A stretch of 64,000 nt of DNA, taken from NCBI GenBank assembly GCA_965203325.1, contig OZ241875.1, positions 160,001 to 224,000 of the forward strand, in the 5' to 3' direction. This DNA is from a bacterium. GTDB lineage: Bacteria > UBA8248. Below, piece by piece: positions 18,067 through 28,075 of this stretch; the stretch's first letter is position 1, and every line of letters begins with the position of its first letter. The notes beneath the pieces were generated by a model. The model ran no database searches. It was given only the letters and a program-made list of their open reading frames with translations, and had not been told where the DNA came from. The position numbers were made by a program, and so were the translations under genes.

Positions 18067-18942
18067 CTAACGGTCCTTCCCCTCATATACTTCCACCACG
18101 CGCGCGCAGTCATCCTCCGCCCAGCCTGCCTCTTGCGCACGCCGGAACATCGTCAGTCCAGCTTCCGCTAAAGTCGCATCAAATCCTTTTTCTCTCGCGA
18201 GGTCAACGCAGAGGCCGAGATCTTTCACATATATGCTTAAAGAGCCATGAGGTGTGAAATCGCGCGCGAGTATTTTTTCTCCCTTGAGGTCCAGGAGAAC
18301 ACCTGCCGCCGCCCCCGATCGTAGGCAGGACATGATCGTATCGTGCGACAAGCCAGAGCGCTCGCCCAGGAGCAGCCCCTCTGTCAGCAAAGCGACGCCC
18401 GCGTTCACTATCAGGTTCGTCACCAGCTTCATGGAGCAGCCGGTACCGTTGGGCCCGGTATGGATAACGCTCTTGGCCAAGGGTTCGATGATGGGCTTGA
18501 TGCGCTCGAAAACCTCCTTCTTACCGCCCACCATATACGCCAGCGTCCTCGACTCCACGTGCGGCACGGTTCCCGAGACGGGCGCGTCGACCATATCAAC
18601 ACCCCTGGCTTCGAGCGCACTCGCCAGCCCTGCCGACCAGGTCGGGTTCATCGTGCTCATCTCAACGAGGATGAGGCCTTTCTTGCCCGCAGCGGCGATC
18701 CCTTCCGGCCCGATGGTGTTCATCTCGATGTGTTCGGGCTTGAGCAGCATGGTGAAAACGACGTCCGAGCGTTCGGCAACTTCTTTCGCGTGCGCGCAGG
18801 GTGTACCGCCTGCTTCTCTCAACTGCTCCATGCGCGCAGAGTCAACGTCGAACCCCGACACCTCATGACCATCGGCCAGGAGATTTTGGGTCAACGGCGT
18901 TCCCATCTTGCCCAGACCGATGAAACCCAGTTTCTCACCCAT
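18067..18942 (-). CDS. Beta-hydroxyacid dehydrogenase (3-hydroxyisobutyrate dehydrogenase / tartronate semialdehyde reductase family)
   Basis: GFIGLGKMG, DAPVSG, MKLVTN catalytic Lys, KDLGL. Confidence 0.92.
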   Translation of the reverse strand: MGEKLGFIGLGKMGTPLTQNLLADGHEVSGFDVDSARMEQLREAGGTPCAHAKEVAERSDVVFTMLLKPEHIEMNTIGPEGIAAAGKKGLILVEMSTMNPTWSAGLASALEARGVDMVDAPVSGTVPHVESRTLAYMVGGKKEVFERIKPIIEPLAKSVIHTGPNGTGCSMKLVTNLIVNAGVALLTEGLLLGERSGLSHDTIMSCLRSGAAAGVLLDLKGEKILARDFTPHGSLSIYVKDLGLCVDLAREKGFDATLAEAGLTMFRRAQEAGWAEDDCARVVEVYEGKDR

Positions 18943-19097
18943 GCTTCGTCTCGCCTCCCGGTATGGAAAGAAAAAAATTGATATGCTTTATTCGGTTCCT
19001 TTCACCCTCGGATAGGGCGTAGAATAGAAAAGCGTTGAAATTTCTTTGGACGATTCATTTTCCGCATTCAACCAGACAATGCCTGGAGAGGAAACCA

Positions 19098-20174
19098 ATG
19101 TCAGCCATTCCCCTGCTTTCTTTACATCAGGCGGCAGACGCCGAGTTCATTGAAGAAACGGGATGGCGAATCCCGGCATCGTATGGAGACGCGGCAGCCG
19201 AGCATCTCGCTTGCAGAGAAAGCGCCGTCGTAATTGACCTGTCCCACCGGGGCAACCTCTGCTTCAGCGGACCGGACACCGATGAATTTCTCCACCGGAT
19301 GCTTTCCAACCGCGTGAAAGAGCTGATGCCAGGAGAGGGTGCGTACAACACCTTCCTGACGCGGCAGGGAAAGTTTATCTCCGATCTGTATATGTATAAA
19401 TCCGAAACATTTGTCGTCGCCTCGGTGGCTCCCGGAACGGCGGATACGCTCGCCGAGGAGATCGACAGGTTCATCATCATGGATCAGGTGGAAGTGTCGA
19501 ACGAGACGGAAAACTCGTTTTGCTTCGGTCTTTTCGGTCCCTCCTCACGGGAGATCATCGCCGAAGCGGGCATGGGCGAGCTTTCGCTCGAAGAGCACGG
19601 CCATACGACTTCGGGCAACATGATGATAGCGCGGGAGCTATGGACGGGAGAGAACGGCTACCTCCTCATGGGGCCTCGCGAGAACGCGGATTCCGCTTGG
19701 CGCGCATTGTCGGATGCGGGGGCGAAACCGGCGGGCGTCGCGGCGTTCGAATCGCTCACTTTGGAGGCCGGTGTGCCCTTGTTCGGCAAGGACATGACTT
19801 CGGCCGTCAACCCCATGCAGGCGGGTTTGGAAGAAAAGGCCATCGACTTCGAGAAGGGCTGCTACATCGGGCAGGAAGTCATCGCCAAGATCAAGTACCT
19901 GGGCCAGGTGAATCGCGGGCTCGTGGGGCTTAAAGTCAGCGGTGAAACCACACCCGAGGCGGGAGCCGCCGTCCATTCCGATGAGAAAAAAATCGGTTCC
20001 ATCACCCGCGCTGCGTATTGCCCGACGCTCGACGCCGTTTTGGCTTTTTCCTATCTCCCGCGCGCCCAGATGGAGCCTGGCACCGAGGTAAGAGTCGCTT
20101 GCCGGGGCGACGACGCGAAGGCGACGGTCGAGAGTCTGCCCTTCTATCGGAAAGAAATTGAAGGCGTCCGATGA
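19098..20174 (+). CDS. ygfZ: YgfZ/GcvT-family folate-binding protein
   Basis: GcvT fold (DLSHRG) with the YgfZ signature KGCYIGQE. Confidence 0.85.
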   Translation: MSAIPLLSLHQAADAEFIEETGWRIPASYGDAAAEHLACRESAVVIDLSHRGNLCFSGPDTDEFLHRMLSNRVKELMPGEGAYNTFLTRQGKFISDLYMYKSETFVVASVAPGTADTLAEEIDRFIIMDQVEVSNETENSFCFGLFGPSSREIIAEAGMGELSLEEHGHTTSGNMMIARELWTGENGYLLMGPRENADSAWRALSDAGAKPAGVAAFESLTLEAGVPLFGKDMTSAVNPMQAGLEEKAIDFEKGCYIGQEVIAKIKYLGQVNRGLVGLKVSGETTPEAGAAVHSDEKKIGSITRAAYCPTLDAVLAFSYLPRAQMEPGTEVRVACRGDDAKATVESLPFYRKEIEGVR

Positions 20175-20376
20175 GAAGGAGGATTCGATAATTCCCGAAA
20201 ATCCGCGCGGCGGATGAAGTGAAAACGACCTCGGTTTGCTTTTGACTTCTATCATTGCGCGAGGCATATTGCGGCCTCCTTTGGGCGAATTTTAACGGGA
20301 TTTGCAACAACTTCAGGCGCATATACCGCCACGAAAAAATCTTCAGGAAACGTCGATTCCCGGGAGGAAGCAACAC

Positions 20377-22011
20377 ATGGCACAAGCCAAGGAGGGGGGA
20401 AAGGCAACCTCCTCACCTGCGAAAATAGGGACGGCAAAGACATTCGGCCTCCATAAAATGGGCCTCAAGAACGTCGGCAAGGTGTACCGAAATCTCCCCA
20501 TTCCTACACTAAACGAAATGGCGGTCGCGCGAGGCGAAGGATTCCTCGCTCCCAACGGCGCGCTTGTCGTCCACACGGGGAAATTCTCGGGCCGCTCGCC
20601 CAAGGACAAGTTCACCGTGGATCAAAACCCCTCCAACAAGAAAATATGGTGGGGGCCCATCAACCAGAAGATATCCACCGAAAACTGGGACAACATTTTT
20701 CAAAAAATCGCCAGCTACGCCCAACAGCGCGACCTTTTCATTTTCGACGGTTTCGTGGGCAACGACCGGAGATACAAACTCCCCGTGCGCGTCATCTCCG
20801 AACTGGCGTGGCATTCGATGTTCTGCCAAACGCTGCTCGTCCGCCCCGAGCCAGGCGAACTCGACAACCATAAAAATCCCTTCACGGTCATCGACATGGG
20901 CAGGTTCCTCGGAGCGGGTCCGGCGGAAGGACTCCGGCAGGAGAACTTCACGCTGGTGAACTTCGAGAAAAACATGGCGCTCATCGGCGGTTCCGAATAC
21001 GCCGGCGAGATGAAGAAATCCGCCTTTTTCATCATGAACTACCTGCTCCCGCAGCAAGGCGTTTTCCCGATGCACTGTTCGGCGAACATGGGCCACAAGG
21101 GGGACACGGCTCTTTTCTTCGGTCTCTCCGGCACGGGCAAGACCACGTTGTCCGCAGATACGAACCGAAAGCTCATCGGCGACGACGAACACGGGTGGTC
21201 GGATTCGGGCATCTTCAATTTCGAAGGCGGGTGCTATGCGAAAACCATCAACTTGACGCGGGAGAAAGAACCCCAGATTTGGGATGCGATACGCTTCGGT
21301 TCCGTTCTTGAGAACGTCATCGTCGACCCGCTGACGCGGGAGATCGATTACGACGACATGTCGATCACCGAAAACACGCGCGCCACATATCCCAACCACT
21401 TCATCGACAACTGCGTGCTATCGGGCATGGGGGGGCATCCGAAGAACGTCTTCTTTCTCACATGCGACGCTTTCGGCGTCCTGCCCCCCATCAGCAGGCT
21501 TACGCCGGAGCAGGCCGCCTACCATTTCCTCTCCGGCTACACGGCGAAGGTGGCCGGCACCGAGGCGGGCGTCGATGAGCCGATGGCCACGTTCAGCAGT
21601 TGTTTCGGCGCGCCTTTCCTGGCCTTGCACCCCGCCGAATACGGAGAAATGCTCAAGGAGAGACTCAAAAAGCACGACGCGCAGGTCTGGCTCGTCAACA
21701 CGGGCTGGATCGGCGGGGCCGCCGGCGAGGTCGACAGGATGCCGCTGCATCATACGCGCGCGCTCCTGACGGCCGCCATGACGGGCGAACTGGCCAAGGT
21801 TCCCACCCAGGACGTGCCGATATTCGAACTCCATGTTCCGACAAGCTGCCCCGGGGTGCCGAAAAAATACATGATTCCCAGAAACCTTTGGAGAAGCAAG
21901 AAAAAATACGACGAGAAAATACGCGAGCTCGCCGGAGCGTTCCGGGAGAATTTCGAGCAGTTCGCGGATCGGGTGACGCCGGACGTCGCGGCGGCCGGCC
22001 CCAAAATCTAG
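20377..22011 (+). CDS. pckA: Phosphoenolpyruvate carboxykinase (ATP)
   Basis: GRSPKDK, YAGEMKK, FGLSGTGKTT, LIGDDEHGW, FEGGCYAK, ENTR. Confidence 0.97.
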   Translation: MAQAKEGGKATSSPAKIGTAKTFGLHKMGLKNVGKVYRNLPIPTLNEMAVARGEGFLAPNGALVVHTGKFSGRSPKDKFTVDQNPSNKKIWWGPINQKISTENWDNIFQKIASYAQQRDLFIFDGFVGNDRRYKLPVRVISELAWHSMFCQTLLVRPEPGELDNHKNPFTVIDMGRFLGAGPAEGLRQENFTLVNFEKNMALIGGSEYAGEMKKSAFFIMNYLLPQQGVFPMHCSANMGHKGDTALFFGLSGTGKTTLSADTNRKLIGDDEHGWSDSGIFNFEGGCYAKTINLTREKEPQIWDAIRFGSVLENVIVDPLTREIDYDDMSITENTRATYPNHFIDNCVLSGMGGHPKNVFFLTCDAFGVLPPISRLTPEQAAYHFLSGYTAKVAGTEAGVDEPMATFSSCFGAPFLALHPAEYGEMLKERLKKHDAQVWLVNTGWIGGAAGEVDRMPLHHTRALLTAAMTGELAKVPTQDVPIFELHVPTSCPGVPKKYMIPRNLWRSKKKYDEKIRELAGAFRENFEQFADRVTPDVAAAGPKI

Positions 22012-22059
22012 GCGTTCATTCCAGGTATATGCACTCCCCGTTCAAAAGGAGGTATTCCG

Positions 22060-22245
22060 ATGCCCGTTGTTCAGGTAAGCCTGCTGTCAGGAAGATCGAA
22101 AGATCAGAAAAAGGCGATGGCGGATGAGATTACCGAGACCGTCCACAAGCATTCAGGCGCCCCGAAAGACGTCATCACGGTGATATTCCAGGACGTCGGA
22201 ACGGATTCCTGGGCAGCGGGCGGGACTCTCTTTGAAGACCGATAG
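22060..22245 (+). CDS. 4-oxalocrotonate tautomerase family protein
   Basis: 61 aa, catalytic Pro1 (MP), GRSKDQK, WAAGG; AAGGAGG SD. Confidence 0.9.
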   Translation: MPVVQVSLLSGRSKDQKKAMADEITETVHKHSGAPKDVITVIFQDVGTDSWAAGGTLFEDR

Positions 22246-22278
22246 CGGCTGTATTCCTTTAATGGAGGAGGGATAGAG

Positions 22279-23136
22279 ATGAGCGCCGACAACTTCAGGC
22301 TCGCACTCGTGCAACCGATGGGGTATCCCCCGCCGGACGATGAAAAAAACGTGGCCGACGCGGTCCGCTACGTGGAAGACGCCGCCGCGCAGGGGGCCGA
22401 TTTCGTCGCCTTCCCCGAATCGTATCCGGGTCCGTGGCGGATGCCGGCAACGTTCGACCCCACCGAGGCGATGGAGGAAGTGGCCAAGCGCTGCGGCATT
22501 TATGTCCAATACGGAACGCTCGAACCGCTGGACAACGAGAAGAAAACGGCCCACAACCTGCTGAACCTCGCCCGGCCCACGGGCGGCCCCTCGGGGCGCT
22601 ACCGCAGGACCCATCCACCCGGCCCCTGGATCTACACGGGCGGCGGCATCTGGGAATTTCAGTACGTCGCAGGGAACGAATACCCCGTTTTCGAGACCCA
22701 GTACGGTCAGGTCGGCATGGCGATGTGCAGCGAAGTCTACATGCCCGAGGTGACGCGCGCGCTCTCGCTGCGCGGGGCGGAAATCATCTTCCTGCCCGCG
22801 GGCGTGGACAAGAAGAGGCTGTGGGGCACTTGGCGGAACCTCATCTGGTCGCGCGCAATCGAAAACCTCGCGGTCGTCATCACCACGCAGAACCTCTTTG
22901 ACAAGAGCCAGCGCGGTCTGGCGATGGTGGCGACGCCCGAGGAAGTCATTTTCGAGAGCACGAAGGCCGGCATGTTCATGGTCGACGTGGATCTGGAGAG
23001 AATGCGCGAGCTTCGCGAGCAGAACGACGAGGTGACCTCATCGGGGCAAAACGCGGCCAAGGCGGGTGTGCTGAAGCAGTGGCAACGGCCCGAGTTGTAC
23101 GACAAGTTCTTCCCCAAAGAAGGCGCAGCCAGTTAA
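22279..23136 (+). CDS. Carbon-nitrogen hydrolase (nitrilase superfamily)
   Basis: FPE (Glu47), YRRTH, MCSE (Cys150), RAIEN. Confidence 0.88.
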   Translation: MSADNFRLALVQPMGYPPPDDEKNVADAVRYVEDAAAQGADFVAFPESYPGPWRMPATFDPTEAMEEVAKRCGIYVQYGTLEPLDNEKKTAHNLLNLARPTGGPSGRYRRTHPPGPWIYTGGGIWEFQYVAGNEYPVFETQYGQVGMAMCSEVYMPEVTRALSLRGAEIIFLPAGVDKKRLWGTWRNLIWSRAIENLAVVITTQNLFDKSQRGLAMVATPEEVIFESTKAGMFMVDVDLERMRELREQNDEVTSSGQNAAKAGVLKQWQRPELYDKFFPKEGAAS

Positions 23137-23139
23137 TGA

Positions 23140-23178
23140 CGCATCCACCCCCGGGGCGCAGGCCCAGGGGTGGATGCG
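23140..23178 (+). terminator. Strong hairpin after the C-N hydrolase gene (terminator or RNA stabiliser)
   Basis: CGCATCCACCCC...GGGGTGGATGCG 12-bp stem, weak U tract. Confidence 0.5.
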
Positions 23179-23204
23179 CAAACATTTCCTGCTAGAAGAT
23201 ACGA

Positions 23205-23708
23205 ATGTCGAACACCTATTTCTGGCTTCTTTACGTCCATATACTGGCGGCATGTCTGTATGAGGGCGCACTGGTCTTCTTCTGGCTCCTCATGGGGCAC
23301 TTGAGGAGGCGGCTTGAGCCTGAGGAATACGCGGGCGAGATCATCTCCATCCTGCGTTTCTACCACCCCTTCGTGCTCATCTGCATGGGCGTGCTCATCA
23401 TGACGGGCGCGTGGTATCTGACGGGCCTCAAGATGGCGATGGGGCCCGCATTCGGGAAACTCTTTGTTCCATTGGGGCTTAAACTACTGACGGTTTTCCT
23501 GATGATGATGGGGATCAGCTTTCAGTTCTTCGCCGTGGGACTCAGGCTCACGCGGGGGACGGGACCCGCCGGGAACGGGCGTCCCATAGGCGATACGACG
23601 GATGAGCGGGTGAAATTGCTGAGGACGCTCGAGCATGTGAACCTCGGGAACGCCGTCCTCGCCCTGTTCGCCATCTTCTTTGGCCTTGCGCTCAACAAGG
23701 GTTTCTAG
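23205..23708 (+). CDS. 4-TM membrane protein (CopD/DUF2269-like)
   Basis: LLYVHILAA, LIMTGAW, LGLKL pattern. Confidence 0.65.
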   Translation: MSNTYFWLLYVHILAACLYEGALVFFWLLMGHLRRRLEPEEYAGEIISILRFYHPFVLICMGVLIMTGAWYLTGLKMAMGPAFGKLFVPLGLKLLTVFLMMMGISFQFFAVGLRLTRGTGPAGNGRPIGDTTDERVKLLRTLEHVNLGNAVLALFAIFFGLALNKGF

Positions 23709-23773
23709 ACAGATACTTGTGAGGCATAATTAAAGTAACGCTTGATATATTTTCCGCCGATTTTATTTATCCC

Positions 23774-23814
23774 AAAACCCCGTGAATTTATCCGATTTTA
23801 TCGAATTTTTCAGA
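23774..23814 (+). repeat. 41-bp AT-rich dispersed repeat, copy 1 (copy 2 at 53284-53324)
   Basis: AAAACCCCGTGAATTTATC...TTTTTCAGA, 36/41 identical. Confidence 0.8.
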
Positions 23815-23831
23815 AATGATGAGGGTGTACC

Positions 23832-24563
23832 ATGGCGACGGAACGAGAACTCGCGAGTGCGGCGAACAGGCGCCCGGCAGGCGGCGCCGAAGTCCCCCCG
23901 CGCCGCTGGGAGGGTTTCTCGGGCGTCGCGCTCTCGGATCCCAGGACCTCTCTGGAGCCGGTCGATGCCGATCGCGACACGGCCGGCATCTTCCGAGCGG
24001 CGACCGAGGGCGAAGATACCGATCGCATATTCGATTACATGAACGTGGGCCCCTTCTCCACGGAGGAGCAGGTGCATGACCTCCTTGTGGAGCGGCAGGC
24101 CTCACAGGACCCGGTGTTCGTCGTCTACCGCGACAACGCGACGGACCGCCTCGGCGGGATGGGCAGTTTTATGGAAATCCGCGCTCATATCGGCGTCGCC
24201 GAAATCGGCCACATCTGGTTCGGCCGCGCATGGCAGCGCGATGTGCGGGCCACGGAAGTCCTCTCGCTCAAGATGCGCCACGTTCTCGACACCCTGGGCT
24301 ACCGCCGCCTGGAATGGAAGTGCGACGCCCTGAACACGGCATCGCGCGCAGCGGCCCTGCGCCTAGGCTTCCGCTACGAGGGGATATTCCTGAACCACAT
24401 GATCGTCAAGGGACGCAGCCGGGACACCGCCTGGTTCTCCCTCACGGAAGAAGAGTGGCCCGCCGTGCGCGATGCCCACGACCGCTGGCTCGCGCCTGAG
24501 AATTTCGACGCCGAAGGCCGCCAGAGATGCGCGCTGAGCGACCTCACCCGCGCGCTCTGGTGA
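23832..24563 (+). CDS. GNAT N-acetyltransferase (RimJ/RimL family)
   Basis: AEIGHIWF, GYRRLEWKCDALN, RLGFRYEG, KGRSRDTAWFS. Confidence 0.92.
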   Translation: MATERELASAANRRPAGGAEVPPRRWEGFSGVALSDPRTSLEPVDADRDTAGIFRAATEGEDTDRIFDYMNVGPFSTEEQVHDLLVERQASQDPVFVVYRDNATDRLGGMGSFMEIRAHIGVAEIGHIWFGRAWQRDVRATEVLSLKMRHVLDTLGYRRLEWKCDALNTASRAAALRLGFRYEGIFLNHMIVKGRSRDTAWFSLTEEEWPAVRDAHDRWLAPENFDAEGRQRCALSDLTRALW

Positions 24564-24594
24564 GGCCGGTTTGCCTGCAGAGAGAAAAGCGCCC

Positions 24595-25437
24595 TCAGGT
24601 CGAATGGGGAGGCTCGGCGGCGCAACGGAAGCCGATGTAGGCGTGCCCCGTCGCCTGTCTGCCGGGCATCACGACTTCCCGGTTCGTCGTCGTCATGCCG
24701 TCCGGCAGGCTCGCCGAATTGCCGCCCCGCACGACGCGCGCATCCACGGCGCTCAGGCTCTCGCGCCCGTCCTTGGGCTTGTAGGGATACGCCATCGCCA
24801 GCGAAGTCGTCCATTCCCACACCTGCCCCGCCATGTCGTTCACCCCGTATGGGCTCGCGCCTTTGGGATAGCTTCCCGCGACCACCGTCTGCCCCCGGTA
24901 GTCTCCCAGGAACAGATACTCCCCCGACGGCTTCCGGTCTCCCCACGGATAGAGGCGGCCGTCGGTTCCGCGCGCCGCCTTTTCCCACTGCGCCTCGGTG
25001 GGCAGCTTCTTCCTCTTCCAGCGGCAGTAGGCCAGGGCGCCGCCCCAGGCCATCTCGCTCGCCGGGAATTTTTCAAAACCCTTCTCGACGACCCAGCCGT
25101 CGCCTTGGGAGACGATCTTGGCGTCGGGGTCGTCGGTATCGAGATACATCTCTCCCTGGGGGCCGGCAGGGCCTTTCTCCTGAATAAAGGGGAGATATTC
25201 CGCCCAGGTCACCAGATTCCGGTCGATGTAATAAGCGGGAAGAAACACGCGGTGCGCGGGCTTTTCCTCATCGGGGCCGTCGTTGCGCCCCATCGTGAAA
25301 GGACCGGCGGGGATGAGCACCATCCCTGCGTACCTGCCCTTGCCCATCTGCAGGGAAGCGGCGTGGGCCATTTCCGCAAAAGCCGCCGCCAGCAGGATAA
25401 AAACGAGCACCCCGATGCTGAGCGTTTTATTCATCAC
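24595..25437 (-). CDS. Secreted formylglycine-generating enzyme family protein
   Basis: Signal peptide (AHA), FTMG, LPTEAQWEKAARG, MAGQVWEW, IGFRC. Confidence 0.87.
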   Translation of the reverse strand: MMNKTLSIGVLVFILLAAAFAEMAHAASLQMGKGRYAGMVLIPAGPFTMGRNDGPDEEKPAHRVFLPAYYIDRNLVTWAEYLPFIQEKGPAGPQGEMYLDTDDPDAKIVSQGDGWVVEKGFEKFPASEMAWGGALAYCRWKRKKLPTEAQWEKAARGTDGRLYPWGDRKPSGEYLFLGDYRGQTVVAGSYPKGASPYGVNDMAGQVWEWTTSLAMAYPYKPKDGRESLSAVDARVVRGGNSASLPDGMTTTNREVVMPGRQATGHAYIGFRCAAEPPHST

Positions 25438-25662
25438 GCGCGCAACCCTCGAAAAGTGGATTTTTGGGGATTATAGCGGAAAGCGGTCGGAAAAACCGCA
25501 CAAGATCGGGCGAGAGTTCCCTTTACACGGCAAAGCCGCGCAACAACGACACCATTTCCACAAATTCAAAGGAAAACGAGATTCACTCCCTCCTTGAGGG
25601 GGTTGGGGGTCGAACGCTACCGGGGAGGGAGCGTTCGCTTCTTCGACAAAGGTTTTTCCAGC

Positions 25663-25697
25663 AATCCCGCCCTGCGGCGGCCAGATGCGGCTGCCGC
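25663..25697. repeat. Displaced copy of the 3' end of the gene at 26935-27657
   Basis: 27-bp exact match 25666-25692 = 26941-26967, extendable to about 35 bp with two single-base gaps. Confidence 0.8.
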
Positions 25698-25774
25698 TGG
25701 CGACGGGCGGGGATTGCCCCGTTTATCTTTCTCCGGCCGGTGCCTGCCCGGAAAACCGCCCGTTTTTCAATCGA

Positions 25775-26788
25775 TCAGTTACCATTTACAGGAGGGGGAG
25801 GAAATCGAGACACCCCGTTCTCCCTGAACCGCTCGCTCAGCGCCAGGAAAGACCCGACCAACGCGCCCGCGCTGCCGTCGCTCTCCTCGAAACCGACACT
25901 GCTGAAGCCCATCACCAAACGGGGGTTCCCGTCCGTGTCCTGGCGGCTGGAAAGGGCCCCGCCCCAATACCCCTCCGCTAGCGTGATTGTGCGCTCCGGG
26001 TGTTTCAGCGTCACCCTGTCTCGATCGAACATGCCGTCTTCCCTGATAATCGCAGTCGCGAGGTGAAGCTCGTAGTCCCTGGCGACGCCCTGCTCGTCGC
26101 TTACCTCCTGGCCCAGGAAAACGCCGAAATGCCCCCGCTGCGTAACGAGATCGCCCACGCACCCGATGCAGCCCTTCAAGGTGCCGTCTTCGAAGTCCGC
26201 CGTGAGGGTGACCGTTCCCTGGTACTCTTCGAGCACGAATTCGCCCTCATTCTCTCCCCAGCCGCTGCCGAACTCGTATGCGTAGAGGCCGCCGGCCGGG
26301 CCCGTGTATGAGGCCGTTCCGTCGACCGGCAGTTGCGGTGCGACGCCATGGTCGAGTTCCGGCCCGTCGATAATCCCGAACGGCATGAAATCCTCGAACG
26401 AAAGCGGCGGCTCCTGATCGGGGAACCGCGCCCACCAGCCGGCCACAAGGTAGTCTGCCGGGTCGTCCGGGTTCCAGCTCACCAGGGCGTGGGCTACCGA
26501 TGTGGCGTCATCCGTGATCTTGAGGAACGTCCAGGTCCTCGCCTGATGGCCGGGCATGGGCGTCATCCCGGGCTGTACTCCGATAACATCGTCGGTCGTG
26601 TTGACGGATTCCTCGGTTCCGTCGCGCAGCCTCACGAATAACCTCAAGCTCTCGCCGTCGAACTCGGTATTCCTCTCGAGCTTGATAGGAACTCCTTCAG
26701 GCGTGCCGCCGCCGCTTCCCATGCAGGCGGTCAGCAGAAACGACATAACGAGAAGTATTGGAACGTATTTCACGACCGTCTCCCTCAT
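25775..26788 (-). CDS. Lipoprotein with a transferrin-binding-protein-like beta-barrel (putative surface lipoprotein)
   Basis: Lipobox LTAC followed by a Gly-rich linker; LPVDGTASYTG...VTLTADF...G motif. Confidence 0.6.
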   Translation of the reverse strand: MRETVVKYVPILLVMSFLLTACMGSGGGTPEGVPIKLERNTEFDGESLRLFVRLRDGTEESVNTTDDVIGVQPGMTPMPGHQARTWTFLKITDDATSVAHALVSWNPDDPADYLVAGWWARFPDQEPPLSFEDFMPFGIIDGPELDHGVAPQLPVDGTASYTGPAGGLYAYEFGSGWGENEGEFVLEEYQGTVTLTADFEDGTLKGCIGCVGDLVTQRGHFGVFLGQEVSDEQGVARDYELHLATAIIREDGMFDRDRVTLKHPERTITLAEGYWGGALSSRQDTDGNPRLVMGFSSVGFEESDGSAGALVGSFLALSERFRENGVSRFPPPPVNGN

Positions 26789-26934
26789 TTTGGCTATAAA
26801 CTTCCCCGTGGCGTTCGCTCACCTTCTCTTTCCGGGCCAAAATAGCACGCCCGGTTTCGAAGCGGCAATGAAAATGCCCACTTTCTCCCCGGCTGGAACC
26901 GGGTAAATTCTGCCGGGGTTGTGGGCAAGCGACT

Positions 26935-27657
26935 CTAATCCCCGCCCTGCGGCGGCCAGATGCGGCTTGCCGCCAGCGGAGAGCCGGGGGGATGGACGAG
27001 ATACCCGTGCACGCGCTTCGTCCCCTCGGTTTCTTCGAGCGCGATGTAGTTCGCCTCGCGCGCCTCTAAAGATGTGTACTCATACAAGACGGAATGCTTG
27101 GGCGAAGCCGTGGCCACCAGGTATTTTCTCGCGCCCATGCAGCCGGGCGTGTCCGCAACCCGCGCCATGCGCTCCTGGGCGTACCAGGCCTGGAGGTCCT
27201 CATCGTTGCCCCCCGCATCGTAGCGGCCCATCTGGATCGCGGGCGCCATGACGTCGGAGGCTTCCCTCTGGCCTGCGTCCGGGCCTTCCACCCGCCACTC
27301 CTCGCAAAGGATGAGTCCTTTGGCCTGAATCCGCATCCCTGTCATTTTGCGAGTTTCCTCGTTCTGGCGCTCTTTTAGCTGCACCGGACTGGGATCGTAG
27401 AAAACGCGGGTGGTCTCCCCGCCGAAGAGCGCGATGAACCCCGCACCCGATGCGAGAGCAGGATCGTCGGTGCGGTTCAGGCGCGCCGCGATTTGTTCGA
27501 AGCGTTCGCCGGGGTGTTTCACCTCATAGTGCGCCGCCCAGACGTAGCCGGGACGCGATAGTTTTTCGGGGATGTGCACCCCGTGAAACCACTCCATGTA
27601 TTCATCGCGCCCTTCCTCGGGCAGATCGTAGATGATCGCCCATACCGCCCTGTCCAT
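26935..27657 (-). CDS. Hypothetical protein with two dimeric alpha-beta barrel (EthD/DUF4286-like) domains
   Basis: EWFHGVHIPEKLSRPG and AWYAQERMARVADTPG repeats. Confidence 0.7.
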   Translation of the reverse strand: MDRAVWAIIYDLPEEGRDEYMEWFHGVHIPEKLSRPGYVWAAHYEVKHPGERFEQIAARLNRTDDPALASGAGFIALFGGETTRVFYDPSPVQLKERQNEETRKMTGMRIQAKGLILCEEWRVEGPDAGQREASDVMAPAIQMGRYDAGGNDEDLQAWYAQERMARVADTPGCMGARKYLVATASPKHSVLYEYTSLEAREANYIALEETEGTKRVHGYLVHPPGSPLAASRIWPPQGGD

Positions 27658-27727
27658 GTCTCGCCTCCGATATCCAAGAATGATTTGTGTATGAAGGTAA
27701 TGCGAAGGCCGCCGGTTTCGCCTCGCT

Positions 27728-28075
27728 CTACACTCCCGACGCCTCTGGTTTTCGAACCACTTCCTTCAGGTCGTGCTGAGTAAAGAGGGTCTTGCAGACC
27801 TTGTCCATGTGCGCCTTGAGCGGCGGGTAGGTCGTCAGTTCATAGCTCTTCACGTCCACGCTGATCGGCAGATTGCTCTCATGAAACAGAGTCCACAGAC
27901 GATCGATCTGCTTTTCCTTGATACCGCCCCGCAGCACCAGGTCGATGTCCGAATTCGGGCGATAATCGCCCGTAGCCCTTGAACCGAACAGTTCGACCGA
28001 GGCGATCTCATCGGCGAAGAGCGCCAGAATTTGTTTGAAAACCGCTAGCTGGCGGTCCGAGAGTCCGTGGTTCAT
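27728..28075 (-). CDS. Minimal nucleotidyltransferase (MNT) antitoxin
   Basis: LFGSRATGDYRPNSDIDL. Confidence 0.9.
   Translation of the reverse strand: MNHGLSDRQLAVFKQILALFADEIASVELFGSRATGDYRPNSDIDLVLRGGIKEKQIDRLWTLFHESNLPISVDVKSYELTTYPPLKAHMDKVCKTLFTQHDLKEVVRKPEASGV

Noticed and set aside
19098..20174. Glycine cleavage T protein gcvT
   Set aside because: Has the KGCYxGQE YgfZ signature and no gcvH/gcvP nearby.
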